Below are positions 1 through 9,245 of a stretch of DNA of 64,000 bases, piece by piece. How positions within the stretch are numbered: the stretch's first letter is position 1; every line of letters starts with the position of its first letter. Position numbers and translations under genes: made by a program. Source of the DNA: Thermoplasmatota archaeon (GTDB taxonomy: Archaea > Thermoplasmatota > SW-10-69-26 > JACQPN01 > JAJPHT01); NCBI GenBank assembly GCA_035540375.1, contig DATLGO010000101.1, positions 14,324-78,323 of the forward strand, written 5' to 3'. The notes beneath the pieces are model-generated. The model ran no database searches. It was not told the DNA's origin and saw only the letters and a list, made by a program, of their open reading frames with translations.

Positions 1-2
1 CC

Positions 3-833
3 GTCCCGAAGGGGAGCCACGATCCCAGGGAGGACATCGCCTTCCTCGAGGACGAGATCGCGCACTGGATCGCCGGCATCGTCTCGAAAGGCTTCGACCG
101 CGCCGCGAAGGCGATCGTGATGAAAGGCGAGAAGCTCGAGCGCGTCCTCGCGGAGCGGCTCGCGGGCCTCGGTATCGACGAGCACAAGGTGGGCCTCGCG
201 CTCCAGAGGTCGATCGCCGGCGGCGACCCGACGAAGTGGGACGAGGCGACCCTGCTCGACCTCGCGCGGCGCGTCCGCGAGATGTCGAAGCCGATGGTTG
301 TCGCGGCGAACAAGGCGGACCTCCTCGGCGACGACGAGGTCGCGAAAGCGACCGCCCTCACCGGCGTCACCGTGGTCCCGACGAGCGCAGAGAGCGAACT
401 CGCCCTCCGCCGCGCGGCGGAAGCGGGCGTGATCGAGTACCTTCCGGGCGACGCGACGTTCCGCGTGAAGGAGCCCACGAAGCTCACCGCGAAGCAGAAG
501 GCCGCGCTCGACTACATCGAGAAGCACGTCCTCGCGCGATTCGGCGGCACCGGCGTGCAGAAGCTCCTCGAGACCGCGACCTACGAGCTCCTCGACCTCG
601 TCCCCGTGTTCCCTGTCGAGGACGACACGCACTTCACCGACAAGGAGGGGCGCGTGCTCCCGGACGCGCACCTGCTCAAGCGGGGCGCGAACGCGAAGGA
701 TCTCGCGTTCAAGGTCCACACGGAGCTCGGGGAGCATTTCATCCGCGCGGTGAACGCGAAGACGAAGCGCGTGATCGGCGCGGACCACGTCCTCGAGGCG
801 GGCGACGTCGTCCGCATCGTCGCGGGACGTTGA
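3..833 (+). CDS. ychF: Obg-family YchF-like GTPase/ATPase, C-terminal part with TGS domain (5' truncated by window)
   Basis: KPMVVAANKAD G4 motif, PTSAESELAL, and archaeal YchF C-terminus GRVLPDAHLL...LAFKVHTELG...AVNAKTKRVIGADHVLEAGDVVRIV. Frame is open from the window start. Confidence 0.9.
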   Translation, partial: VPKGSHDPREDIAFLEDEIAHWIAGIVSKGFDRAAKAIVMKGEKLERVLAERLAGLGIDEHKVGLALQRSIAGGDPTKWDEATLLDLARRVREMSKPMVVAANKADLLGDDEVAKATALTGVTVVPTSAESELALRRAAEAGVIEYLPGDATFRVKEPTKLTAKQKAALDYIEKHVLARFGGTGVQKLLETATYELLDLVPVFPVEDDTHFTDKEGRVLPDAHLLKRGANAKDLAFKVHTELGEHFIRAVNAKTKRVIGADHVLEAGDVVRIVAGR

Positions 834-885
834 CCCCGCCGACGGCGAGGGCTTGACGCGGCCTGGCCGGCCCGGTCGCCGACGC

Positions 886-2544
886 TCAGCGCCCGCGGGC
901 CGCAGCCCGGGAGGGCCCGCGGAACTCCCAGCGGTCCGCGACGCGCAGCTGGACGCGGCGGCCGCGCAGCGTCGCGCGCTGCATCGCGTCCATCACGTCC
1001 TGCACGCGGTCCTCGGGAACCTCCGCGACGCTCATGCGCGGGAGGATGTCGATCCGTCCGACGTCGGCGCCCGTGAGGCCGCCCTCGTTCGTGAGCGCCC
1101 CCACGATGTCGCCGGGGCGCGCGCCGTCGTCGCGGCCGACGCTGAGCGTCAGCGCGACCATGGGCCCGCCTCGCTCGCGGCGCGCGGGACCGCCGCGGGG
1201 CGCGGGGCGCTCGTGGCGCGGGTGGGCGCGGGCGCGGCGCGGCTCGAGCGGCGGCATGCGGAAGCCTTCGAGCGGCGCGAGCCGTCCGAGCAGGACGGCG
1301 GCGAGCGCGCGGAGGTCGCGGCCCGCCGCGACGGCCGCGTCCACGGCCGCGAGGTGGTCCTCCGCGGGGGTCTCGACGCGCTCCGCGAGCCAGGCGCCCG
1401 CGTGACGCGCGAGGGCGGCGCGCACCTCGTCGTCCGTCGGCACCTCGGCCCAGGGGAGGCGGTGGCCGACCGTGCGCTCCACGCCGCGCAGGCGTCCGCG
1501 GTCGGCGGGCGTCACGAACAGGTAACTCTTGCCGTCGCGGCCCGCGCGGCCCGTGCGGCCGATGCGGTGGACGTACGTCTCTGTTTCGCGCGGAGCGTCG
1601 TAGACGACGACGTGCGAGATGCAGTCCACGTCGAGACCGCGCGCCGCCACGTTGGTCGCGACGACCACGAGGCCGCGGCCCTGCCTCAGCTGCGCGAGAA
1701 CGCGCTCGCGCGACTCCTGGGGCATTCCGCCGTGGAGCGCCTCGGAGGCGACGCCCTTCGCGCGCAGCTCGTCGACGAGGACGTCGACGCTTTCGCGCGT
1801 GTGGCGGAAGACGAGCGTCCCCGTCGGACGTTCCGCCGCGAGGATGCGGACGAGCGCGTCCGTCTTCTCGACGTGGTCCACGGCGACCGCGAACTGCTCC
1901 GTGTTGGCGTTCGCGACCGAGGCGTTCGGCGCCTCGGCGACGATGTGCTCGGGCGCGCGGAGATAGCGTCGCGCGAGGTCGGCGACGGCCGGAGGCATCG
2001 TCGCGCTGAAGAGGAGCGTCTGGCGCTCGGGCCCGACGGCGTCGAGGATGGCCTCGACCTCCTCGACGAATCCCATTTTGAGCATCTCGTCCGCCTCGTC
2101 GAGGACGACGAGCCGGGCCGACGCCGCATCGAGCGTGCCGCGCTCGATGTGGTCGCGCAGGCGCCCCGGGGTGGCGACGATCACGGAGGCCTCGCCGGCC
2201 GCGAGGGCGCGGGCCTGCGGGCCGAACGCCGAGCCGCCGTAGAGCGCGAGCGCGCGGACGCCGGCCTTGGCGCCGATGCGGTCGATCTCGGCCGTCACCT
2301 GCTGCGCAAGCTCGCGCGTGGGGACGAGGACGAGACCGGGACGGCCGTCGAGCGCCGCGACGACGAGCGGGATGCCGAAGGCGGCCGTCTTGCCGGTGCC
2401 GGTCTGCGCCTGGCCGATGAGGTCGCGACCTTCGAGGAGCTTCGGGATGGCGGCGGCCTGGATCGGCGAGGCTTCGACGAAGCCCATCGCGGACAAGGCG
2501 GCGAGGACGCTCTCGGGCAGGGGAAACGAATCGAACTGGACCAT
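886..2544 (-). CDS. DEAD-box RNA helicase with C-terminal DbpA RNA-binding domain (DeaD/DbpA-like)
   Basis: Q motif, AQTGTGKT, PTRELA, TPGR, DEAD, SAT, ARGLD, HRIGRTGRAG; C-terminal GRDDGARPGDIVGAL. Start placed at ATG 2544. Confidence 0.95.
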   Translation of the reverse strand: MVQFDSFPLPESVLAALSAMGFVEASPIQAAAIPKLLEGRDLIGQAQTGTGKTAAFGIPLVVAALDGRPGLVLVPTRELAQQVTAEIDRIGAKAGVRALALYGGSAFGPQARALAAGEASVIVATPGRLRDHIERGTLDAASARLVVLDEADEMLKMGFVEEVEAILDAVGPERQTLLFSATMPPAVADLARRYLRAPEHIVAEAPNASVANANTEQFAVAVDHVEKTDALVRILAAERPTGTLVFRHTRESVDVLVDELRAKGVASEALHGGMPQESRERVLAQLRQGRGLVVVATNVAARGLDVDCISHVVVYDAPRETETYVHRIGRTGRAGRDGKSYLFVTPADRGRLRGVERTVGHRLPWAEVPTDDEVRAALARHAGAWLAERVETPAEDHLAAVDAAVAAGRDLRALAAVLLGRLAPLEGFRMPPLEPRRARAHPRHERPAPRGGPARRERGGPMVALTLSVGRDDGARPGDIVGALTNEGGLTGADVGRIDILPRMSVAEVPEDRVQDVMDAMQRATLRGRRVQLRVADRWEFRGPSRAAARGR

Positions 2545-2791
2545 GCTATCACGTTCTGACCGAGCGCCCGGGATTGGCCCGCACACAACACGACCGCGGT
2601 CACACCGAAGAGGGCCGGTCAGGACGAAGGGTCAGGCCGCTGAAGTCGGTCCTGCTATTTGAAGCCGACCTTGTCCCGCGCGACCGGACACGCTCCCCGG
2701 CCGCCCGGGGGAGAGTCTATACAGCAGCGACCGGTCGCGATTGCTCGCACGAAGCGACCACGCCGGGCCGCGCCCTCGCAGAAGCGACACG

Positions 2792-3589
2792 ATGCACCTC
2801 GCCCGCGACGCGCCCCCCGGCCCCGCCCGTACGCTTCGATCCGACGCGGCCTGGGTCTGGCCCGTCGCGGCGATGCTCCTCATCGTCGCCTTCGGCGGCT
2901 ACGCCGTCTTCCGCGCGGCCGAGGCGACGCACTATCTCGCCGACAACGGACGCTACCACTACGCCTCGCCCTTCGGCCACCCGGACCTCACGTATCTCGC
3001 GCCCGACCTCCTGCGCGGCCTCCCGATCCTCGGCGCGGCGCTCGCCTCGCCCGGGACCTTCCTCCTGCCCGTCCCGTTCGCGCTGCGGGCGAGCTGCTAC
3101 TATTATCGGAAGATCTACCACCGAGGCTTCTTCGCGCGACCGGGCTCGTGCGCGGTCCCCGCGCGTCGGGGCCGCGGCTACAAGGGCGAAACGGGCCTCT
3201 TCGCGATCAACAACCTGCACCGTTTCGCGCTCTACGTCGCCCTCGTCGCCCTCGCGTTCAACCTGCAGGACGCCGTCCTCGCGTTCGCGACGCCGCACGG
3301 CTTCTATCTCGGCGTCGGGACCGTCGTCCTCGCGCTCAAGGTGGCCTTCCTCGCGTTCTATCTCCTCGGCTGCCACAGCCTGCGCCACCTCCTCGGAGGC
3401 GGCCTCGACGCCTACGACTGCGACCTCGCGGGCCGGACGCGGCGGCGCCTCACCGCGGGCGTCACGGCGCTCAACGCGCGTCATCCCCTCTGGGCGTGGG
3501 TGAGCCTCGCGTGGGTCCTCGTCGCGGACGTGTACATCCGCCATCTGGCGCTCTCGGGGGACGCGACCTTCCTCGGCCTCCCGGCTTGA
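2792..3589 (+). CDS. Membrane protein resembling the mycobacterial Sdh1-type (Rv0249c-like) succinate dehydrogenase membrane anchor
   Basis: Several TM helices plus CYYYRKIYHRGFF..P.SCAV, GET..F...N.HR and GCHSLRHLLGG motifs. Confidence 0.7.
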   Translation: MHLARDAPPGPARTLRSDAAWVWPVAAMLLIVAFGGYAVFRAAEATHYLADNGRYHYASPFGHPDLTYLAPDLLRGLPILGAALASPGTFLLPVPFALRASCYYYRKIYHRGFFARPGSCAVPARRGRGYKGETGLFAINNLHRFALYVALVALAFNLQDAVLAFATPHGFYLGVGTVVLALKVAFLAFYLLGCHSLRHLLGGGLDAYDCDLAGRTRRRLTAGVTALNARHPLWAWVSLAWVLVADVYIRHLALSGDATFLGLPA

Positions 3590-3628
3590 TCCGGAAACCG
3601 TTATGGCGACGGCGCCCGTCATGGGCCC

Positions 3629-5431
3629 GTGGCAGGCGACATCCTCCTCGGCCTCGGGGCGATCCTCGCGCTCGGGGTGGCCTCGCAGTGGTTCGCGTGG
3701 CGCGTGCGCCTGCCGTCCATCCTCGTCCTCCTCGTCGCCGGCTTCCTCGCGGGATCCGTCACGGGATGGCTCGATCCGGACGCGCTTTTCGGCGACCTTC
3801 TCTTTCCAGGCGTCGCGGTGGCGGTCGGCATCATCCTGTTCGAGGGCGGTTTGTCGCTGAGCCTCAAGGAGATCCGCGGCCACGGACCCGCGGTCACGCG
3901 GCTCATCACGGTAGGCGCGCTCGTCGCGTGGCTCGCGGGCGCCGCGGCGGCTCACCTGCTTGCGGGCCTCTCGTGGCCCATCGCGCTTCTGGTCGGCGCG
4001 ATCCTCGTGGTCACCGGACCCACCGTGGTCGGGCCGCTCCTCAGGCACGTCCGCCCGCGGGGTCCCGTGGGCGCGGTCGTGAAGTGGGAAGGCATCCTCA
4101 TCGACCCCGTCGGGGCGCTCCTCGCGGTCATCGTCTTCAAGGCCACCTTCGCGGCTTCGCTCGCGGAGGTCACCGGCCTCGTCGGGACGGGCGTCGTGCG
4201 CTCGGTCGCGACGGGCGTCTTCATGGGCGCGCTCGGGGCGGGCGCCCTCTACGTCATGCTCTCGCGACGGTGGCTCCCCGACCACCTCGAAAGCCCCATC
4301 GTGCTCTCGTCCGTCGTCGCCGTGTTCGTCGCAAGCGACCTCCTTGCGAGCGAATCCGGCCTCCTCGCGACGACGCTCATGGGTGTCGCGCTCGCGAACC
4401 AATCGCGCGTGCACGTCCACCGCATCGTCGAGTTCAAGGAGAACCTGCGCGTCCTCCTCATCGCCGTCCTCTTCATCGCGCTCGCCGCGCGGGTCCGCCT
4501 GGAGGACCTCGCCGCCGTCGGCGTCGGCGGCATCCTGTTCGTGACGGCGCTTCTCTTCGTCGTCCGTCCCGCGAGCGTGCTCGCGAGCACCGTCGGCACG
4601 AGCCTCGCATGGCGCGAGCGCGCCTTCGTGGCGTGGCTTGCGCCGCGCGGCATCGTCGCGGCGGCCGTCGCCTCCATCTTCGCGCTGCGGCTCGAGGCCG
4701 CGGGCCATCCGGAAGCGGGCCGACTCGTCCCCCTCGTGTTCACCGCCATCGTGGCCACCGTGGCCGTGTACGGCCTCACCTCCGGTCCCGTCGCCCGCGC
4801 CCTCGGGCTCTCCGGGCCGCGGCCCCAGGGCGCGCTCGTCGTCGGAGCGGGTTCGTTCGCCCGGGCCTTCGCCTCGGCGCTTCGCGCCGAGGGGCACGGC
4901 GTCCTCCTCGTCGACACGAACCTGAAGAACGTCGAGGCCGCCCGCGCGGCGGGACTCGACGCGACGCCGTCGGACGCGCTCGCCGAGACCTTCCGGGAGG
5001 ACCTCGACCGCGACGACCTCGGTCGCCTCGCGGCGATGACGCCGAACGACGAGGTGAACAGCCTCGCCTCGCTCGCGTACGCCGGCCGCTTCGGGCGGAA
5101 CGAGGTTTACCAGACCGCGACCGCGGCGATGGCCCGGGAGGGGGCGGCGACAAGCGCCGTCGGCCATCTTCACGGACGCGTTCTCTTCGGCGACGAGGAG
5201 ACCCTCGCGTCGCTCGAGGCGCGCCTCGACGCAGGCGATCGCGTCCACACGGCTGTGGTCGCGCCGGACGGGACCGTCGCCGCGCGAGCGGGCCCGAGCG
5301 GCAAGGCGCCGACGCCTCTTTTCGTCACGGACGAAGGTCGCCTCGTCCTCGCGACGGCCGCGGACGACGCCGCGCTCAAGCCGGGCTCGCGGCTGACGTA
5401 TCTCGGCGGCGAGGCCGAGAAGCCTACTTGA
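3629..5431 (+). CDS. CPA1 cation:proton antiporter with C-terminal RCK/TrkA-N-like domain
   Basis: IILFEGGLSL, VTGPTVV, KWEGILIDP, APRGIVAAAVAS; ~12 TM helices followed by VVGAG Rossmann motif. Confidence 0.9.
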   Translation: MAGDILLGLGAILALGVASQWFAWRVRLPSILVLLVAGFLAGSVTGWLDPDALFGDLLFPGVAVAVGIILFEGGLSLSLKEIRGHGPAVTRLITVGALVAWLAGAAAAHLLAGLSWPIALLVGAILVVTGPTVVGPLLRHVRPRGPVGAVVKWEGILIDPVGALLAVIVFKATFAASLAEVTGLVGTGVVRSVATGVFMGALGAGALYVMLSRRWLPDHLESPIVLSSVVAVFVASDLLASESGLLATTLMGVALANQSRVHVHRIVEFKENLRVLLIAVLFIALAARVRLEDLAAVGVGGILFVTALLFVVRPASVLASTVGTSLAWRERAFVAWLAPRGIVAAAVASIFALRLEAAGHPEAGRLVPLVFTAIVATVAVYGLTSGPVARALGLSGPRPQGALVVGAGSFARAFASALRAEGHGVLLVDTNLKNVEAARAAGLDATPSDALAETFREDLDRDDLGRLAAMTPNDEVNSLASLAYAGRFGRNEVYQTATAAMAREGAATSAVGHLHGRVLFGDEETLASLEARLDAGDRVHTAVVAPDGTVAARAGPSGKAPTPLFVTDEGRLVLATAADDAALKPGSRLTYLGGEAEKPT

Positions 5432-6266
5432 TCCCGAACCCGACGTGCGCCTCGCTCTCAAAGGCGACGGGCCCGTCGCCGAAGCGCGCGCGGACGCGCT
5501 CGACCAGGCGGGCGCGGAACGCGTCCCGGAACGCGGGCGGCGCGCGCTCGACGAGAAGACCGCTCGGGACCGCGCGCTGCCCCTTGTCCGCGAACCATGC
5601 GGCCGACGGGAAGACGAGGGTGCGGCGCGCCGTCGAGACGCGGACGTCGCGGAAGCCCGCCTCGCGCATCTCCCGGGCGAGCGTCGCGGGATCGGCGAAG
5701 CAATGCGCGGGGGAAGTCGCCTCGTCGGGCGCGTCGGGAACCATCTCGGCGAGCGTCTCGGCCACGGGCGCGACGTGGCCCACGCGCTCGGGCGCCGACC
5801 AGCCGACGACGACGGCGCGGCCGCCGTGCTTGAGCGTGCGCCGCATCTCGGCGAAGCCCGCGGCGCGGTCGGCGAAGAAGATGAGACCGAACACGCTGAA
5901 GGCCGCGTCGAACGCGTCGTCGCTGAATTTCAGGTCCTCGCCGTCCATGACGATGGCCTCGACGTTCGCGAGCTTCGCGGCGCGCGCCTTCGCCCGCAGG
6001 CGCTCGACCATCATCGGGGCGAAGTCCGTGGCGACCACGCGCGCCCCCGAGCGGGCGGCCTCGAGCGCGAGCGCGCCCGTTCCCGCGGCGACGTCGAGGA
6101 CGCGCTCGCCCGCCTTCAGGCCGGCGACGCGGAGCGCCTCCTCGCAGAAGGGCGTGGTGACCGGCGCCATGAGGTCGTCGTAACCGGCCGCTGCGTCGTC
6201 CCAGCCATCGACGGTGAGCGCGGATGCGCGAGGTTCCATCGCGGTGGCGGATCCGAGGGACGGCAT
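5424..6266 (-). CDS. Class I SAM-dependent methyltransferase (UbiE-like)
   Basis: VLDVAAGTG motif I, D.EDLKF.DDAFD, EMRRTLKHGGR. Confidence 0.88.
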   Translation of the reverse strand: MPSLGSATAMEPRASALTVDGWDDAAAGYDDLMAPVTTPFCEEALRVAGLKAGERVLDVAAGTGALALEAARSGARVVATDFAPMMVERLRAKARAAKLANVEAIVMDGEDLKFSDDAFDAAFSVFGLIFFADRAAGFAEMRRTLKHGGRAVVVGWSAPERVGHVAPVAETLAEMVPDAPDEATSPAHCFADPATLAREMREAGFRDVRVSTARRTLVFPSAAWFADKGQRAVPSGLLVERAPPAFRDAFRARLVERVRARFGDGPVAFESEAHVGFGIK

Positions 6267-6288
6267 GAACGTTTCCCGCGCGCGTCGG

Positions 6289-7059
6289 TCAACCGACGCG
6301 GCGCGCGAAGGCCGCGAGGGCCTCCTCCTCGGCGAAGTGGAGCCTGCCCGGGACGACGAGCGTGTGGAGCGGCGCGCCGAGGTCCGTCCGGGCCAGGGCC
6401 TCGAGCGGTCCCGCGACGACCTCCGGCGCCTCGCTTCCCGCGCGCGCCACGGCGCACGCGAGCGTCGCGGGCGCGAGGGCGCCCTCGCCGCGCTCGCGCT
6501 CCATGCGGAGCAGGAGCGAAGCCCCTTCCGAGGCGCTCATGTAGCGCGTCTCGTGCGCGCGGATATCGAGAAGGACGAGCGTGTGGAGGCCGCGCGCGAG
6601 GTTCTCCTTGACCACATCGTACGGACTCGTCGGGAAGTAGTTGGGCTCCGGGAAGACGAGCGTCGTCGTGCGCCCGAACTTGTAGTTCTGGAGCCCGAGG
6701 AGCGCGCCCGCCGCCGCGACGATGCTCGCGCCGTGCACGACGCGCGTCTCGATGCCGCGCTCGCGGGCGCGCAGCCGCAGGTCCTGGTGCGTCGTCGCGG
6801 TGAGCGCGTCGCCGGCCGCGATGAGCACCGCGTGGCCCGCGGCAGCCGCGTCGAGGATGACGCCGCCGTCCTCGACGGCCTCGCGCGGGAGGACCTCGAC
6901 CCTGCGCCCGTAGAGCGCTTCGAGGTCCTCCATCGTCGCGCCGCTGAGCCGCGCCGTGTACCACTCCGCGAAGACGCGGTTCGCGGCGCGGATGGCTTCG
7001 AGGCCCGCGACCGACACGTCCTTCGCGCCCCAGAGCCCGAGCCCGACGAGGGTCAGCAC
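6289..7059 (-). CDS. dph5: Diphthine synthase
   Basis: LVGLGL, EWYT, GDALTATTH, HGASI, GLQNYKFGRTTT, GLHTLVLLDI, PLHTLVVPG. Confidence 0.97.
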   Translation of the reverse strand: MLTLVGLGLWGAKDVSVAGLEAIRAANRVFAEWYTARLSGATMEDLEALYGRRVEVLPREAVEDGGVILDAAAAGHAVLIAAGDALTATTHQDLRLRARERGIETRVVHGASIVAAAGALLGLQNYKFGRTTTLVFPEPNYFPTSPYDVVKENLARGLHTLVLLDIRAHETRYMSASEGASLLLRMERERGEGALAPATLACAVARAGSEAPEVVAGPLEALARTDLGAPLHTLVVPGRLHFAEEEALAAFARRVG

Positions 7060-7116
7060 ACGCCTTCATCGGGCCGCGGGCCAAAATCCTTGTGGAGGGA
7101 CGCGCCTCGCCGCGCC

Positions 7117-8139
7117 GTGCCCGACGAGCGCGAGTCCGACGCCGTGCGCGTGCCCCGCCGCGAGGGCGAGGCGGTGCGCGCGCGCCTCCTCGAGGAGGGT
7201 CGCCTCCGGACGGATTTGCGCATCCGCGGCGAGGGCGACGACCTCCTCATTCCCGTCGAGAGCGCCGCCGGTCTCGCGTGGCCCGTCGTCCGCGCGCCGT
7301 TCGAGCCGCAGAAGCAGCCCCCGCCCCCGTACGCGGAGGTCGCGCGCGTGCCGGACGACGTCCGCGCGCGCCTGCCGTCGAGCTACGACGTCGTGGGCTC
7401 GATCGTCCTCGTGAAGATCCCCGAGGATCTCCTTTCGCACAGGCGCGCGATCGGCGAGGCGCTTGTCGCGTCGATCAAGCCCGCGAAGACGGCGCTCCTC
7501 GACCGCGGCGTCAAGGGCGCGTTCCGCGTGCGCGACGTCGAGGTGCTCGCGGGCGAGCCGACCACCGAGACCGAGGTCGTGGAGAACGGCCTGCGCCTCG
7601 CGGTGGACGTCGCGACGTGCTACTTCTCGCCGCGCCTCGCGACCGAGCGCAAGCGCGTCGCGGACCTCGTCCGCCCGGGGGAACGCGTCCTCGACCTCTT
7701 CGCGGGCGTCGGCCCCTTCGCGCTCGCGATCGCGAAGCACGCGCGCCCCGCGCGTGTGGACGCGGTCGACTTGAATCCGGACGCGGTGAAGTATCTGAAG
7801 CGCAACATCGCGCGCAACAAGCTCGCGGCGCCCGTGACCGCGGCATGCGACGACGCGCGCGCGTTCGCGCGCGCGCATCCGGGCGCGTACGACCGCATCG
7901 TGATGAACCTCCCGCACACGGCGCGCGCCTTCTTCGCGGACGCGCTCGTGACGCTCGCGGCGGAGGGCGGCGTCGTGCACTTGCACGCCATCATGGACCC
8001 GGCGCGGGTCGAGGCGCTCGTCGCGGAGCTTCAGGGGGAGACGCCCCGCAGCGTGGCGCTGTCCGCGACGCGTGAGGTGCGCACGTACAGCCCGCAGGAG
8101 CGGCATCTCGCGCTCGATCTCTCGGTCGGGCCGGGATGA
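7117..8139 (+). CDS. trm5: Trm5/Met-10+-like tRNA methyltransferase
   Basis: SYDVVGSI, ENG...VDV...YFSPRLATER, VLDLFAGVGPF, DLNPDA, DRIVMNLP, VRTYSP. Start GTG 7117 inferred. Confidence 0.9.
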   Translation: MPDERESDAVRVPRREGEAVRARLLEEGRLRTDLRIRGEGDDLLIPVESAAGLAWPVVRAPFEPQKQPPPPYAEVARVPDDVRARLPSSYDVVGSIVLVKIPEDLLSHRRAIGEALVASIKPAKTALLDRGVKGAFRVRDVEVLAGEPTTETEVVENGLRLAVDVATCYFSPRLATERKRVADLVRPGERVLDLFAGVGPFALAIAKHARPARVDAVDLNPDAVKYLKRNIARNKLAAPVTAACDDARAFARAHPGAYDRIVMNLPHTARAFFADALVTLAAEGGVVHLHAIMDPARVEALVAELQGETPRSVALSATREVRTYSPQERHLALDLSVGPG

Positions 8140-8206
8140 TGGGAACCTTTTAATGGCGGAACCATCTTTTCGGGCATCCCCCGGGGCATGCTCCGCGGTG
8201 CCGTTT

Positions 8207-8279
8207 GCCACCTTAGCTCAGTCGGTAGAGCAGCTGATTCGTAATCAGCAGGTCCAGGGTTCGAGTCCCTGAGGTGGCT
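8207..8279 (+). tRNA. tRNA-Thr(CGT), no encoded CCA
   Basis: Acceptor stem GCCACCT/AGGTGGC, D arm TAGCTCAGTCGGTAGAGC, anticodon arm GCTGA-TTCGTAA-TCAGC, T arm CAGGGTTCGAGTCCCTG. Confidence 0.97.
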
Positions 8280-8295
8280 TGGAAGGGGGTGGAGT

Positions 8296-8333
8296 TTGAG
8301 GAGGGGGAAGGCCGAAACCTTCCCCCTCCTCAA
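8296..8333. repeat. Perfect 16-bp inverted repeat downstream of the tRNA (terminator-like or REP-like hairpin)
   Basis: TTGAGGAGGGGGAAGG-ccgaaa-CCTTCCCCCTCCTCAA. Confidence 0.8.
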
Positions 8334-8504
8334 CCGCCCCCGCTCAAAATTCCAAATTTTCCAGCAGAGTCTCTGGAGCCGTTCGCCCCTTAGCGAAGGC
8401 CAACCGAGCGCGCGGCCGTGGGCGGAGGCCCCCACGGCCGCCGCGCGAGCCCACGGAACGCCCGGGCGCGGGCACCATCCTCCTTGGCCGAATGAGAACG
8501 CCCC

Positions 8505-8927
8505 TCACCCCACCCTGACCCCGACGCGCGCCGCCGCGTCCGCGAGCCGCGCGTCCTCCGTGAGGAGCCGCGCCTTGCGTCGCTCGGCGAGTTCGAGGTA
8601 CGCGGCGTCGTAGTACGAGAGGCCACACGCTTCCGCGAGTTCGCCGACGCGGCGCCGCACCGCGGGCGCGACGCCCTCGTCGAACGAGACGCCTTCGAGG
8701 AGCGCGTCCATGAGCGCCTGCCGCGCGGCGACGTCGGGGCCGAAGGCGCGCGCGGCCTTCCGGTGCACCACTTGCCCGACTTCCCAGACGAGGAGCGCGG
8801 GGGCGACGACGGCGCCGCGCTCGTGCGCCGCGGCGAGGGCGTCGAGCGCGGCCGCCTGGCGCGGGTCGTTGAGGTCGAGCGCCGCGAGAGCCGCGCTCGC
8901 GTCGAGGACGACGACGCGCGCGCTCAG
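8505..8927 (-). CDS. vapC: VapC PIN-domain toxin (apparent CTG start)
   Basis: Extending the 8505-8771 ORF upstream in frame gives VVVLDASA..., APALLVWEV, LSYYDAAYLELA, LLTEDARL, which covers all PIN acidic motifs. Confidence 0.88.
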   Translation of the reverse strand: MSARVVVLDASAALAALDLNDPRQAAALDALAAAHERGAVVAPALLVWEVGQVVHRKAARAFGPDVAARQALMDALLEGVSFDEGVAPAVRRRVGELAEACGLSYYDAAYLELAERRKARLLTEDARLADAAARVGVRVG

Positions 8928-9142
8928 TGGCTCTCACGCTCGTCGCGCACGAGGTCGGCCGCGCGGCGCGGAAGGCGCACGGCGAGCGCGGCGAGTTTGC
9001 GGCGCTTCGCGTCGGCGAGGAGGCGGCGCGCCTCCTTCTCGAACGCCTGCCGGCCCACTTCGTTCGGGTTGAGGCCCGCCGCCGCGAGGTGCGCGAGGAC
9101 GTCGGCGGGGGCGCGGAACTGGACGACGCCGGAGGCGGCCAT
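8924..9142 (-). CDS. VapB-type antitoxin, probable ribbon-helix-helix
   Basis: 72 aa, N-terminal VVQFRAPADV, C-terminal AADLVRDERES; overlaps the PIN gene by 4 nt. Confidence 0.75.
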   Translation of the reverse strand: MAASGVVQFRAPADVLAHLAAAGLNPNEVGRQAFEKEARRLLADAKRRKLAALAVRLPRRAADLVRDERESH

Positions 9143-9173
9143 ACAACCATTGTATACAACGCCCCCGTACAAA
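9141..9173 (-). promoter_or_regulatory. Probable vapBC promoter/operator
   Basis: Palindrome TTGTATACAA (9150-9159), inverted repeat ATACAA-cca-TTGTAT, and TACAA three times at 13-bp spacing directly upstream of the antitoxin ATG. Confidence 0.6.
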
Positions 9174-9245
9174 GCGCTTGCCCCGAGGGCCCCCCGCCCT
9201 CCACATCAACACCCTTATCATCCGCGCGCCCCCGTGTGAGTCGCG

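Noticed and set aside
8207..8279. tRNA-Thr as the attachment site of the tubulin island
   Set aside because: It is about 39 kb from the island, and I saw no copy of its 3' end at either junction.
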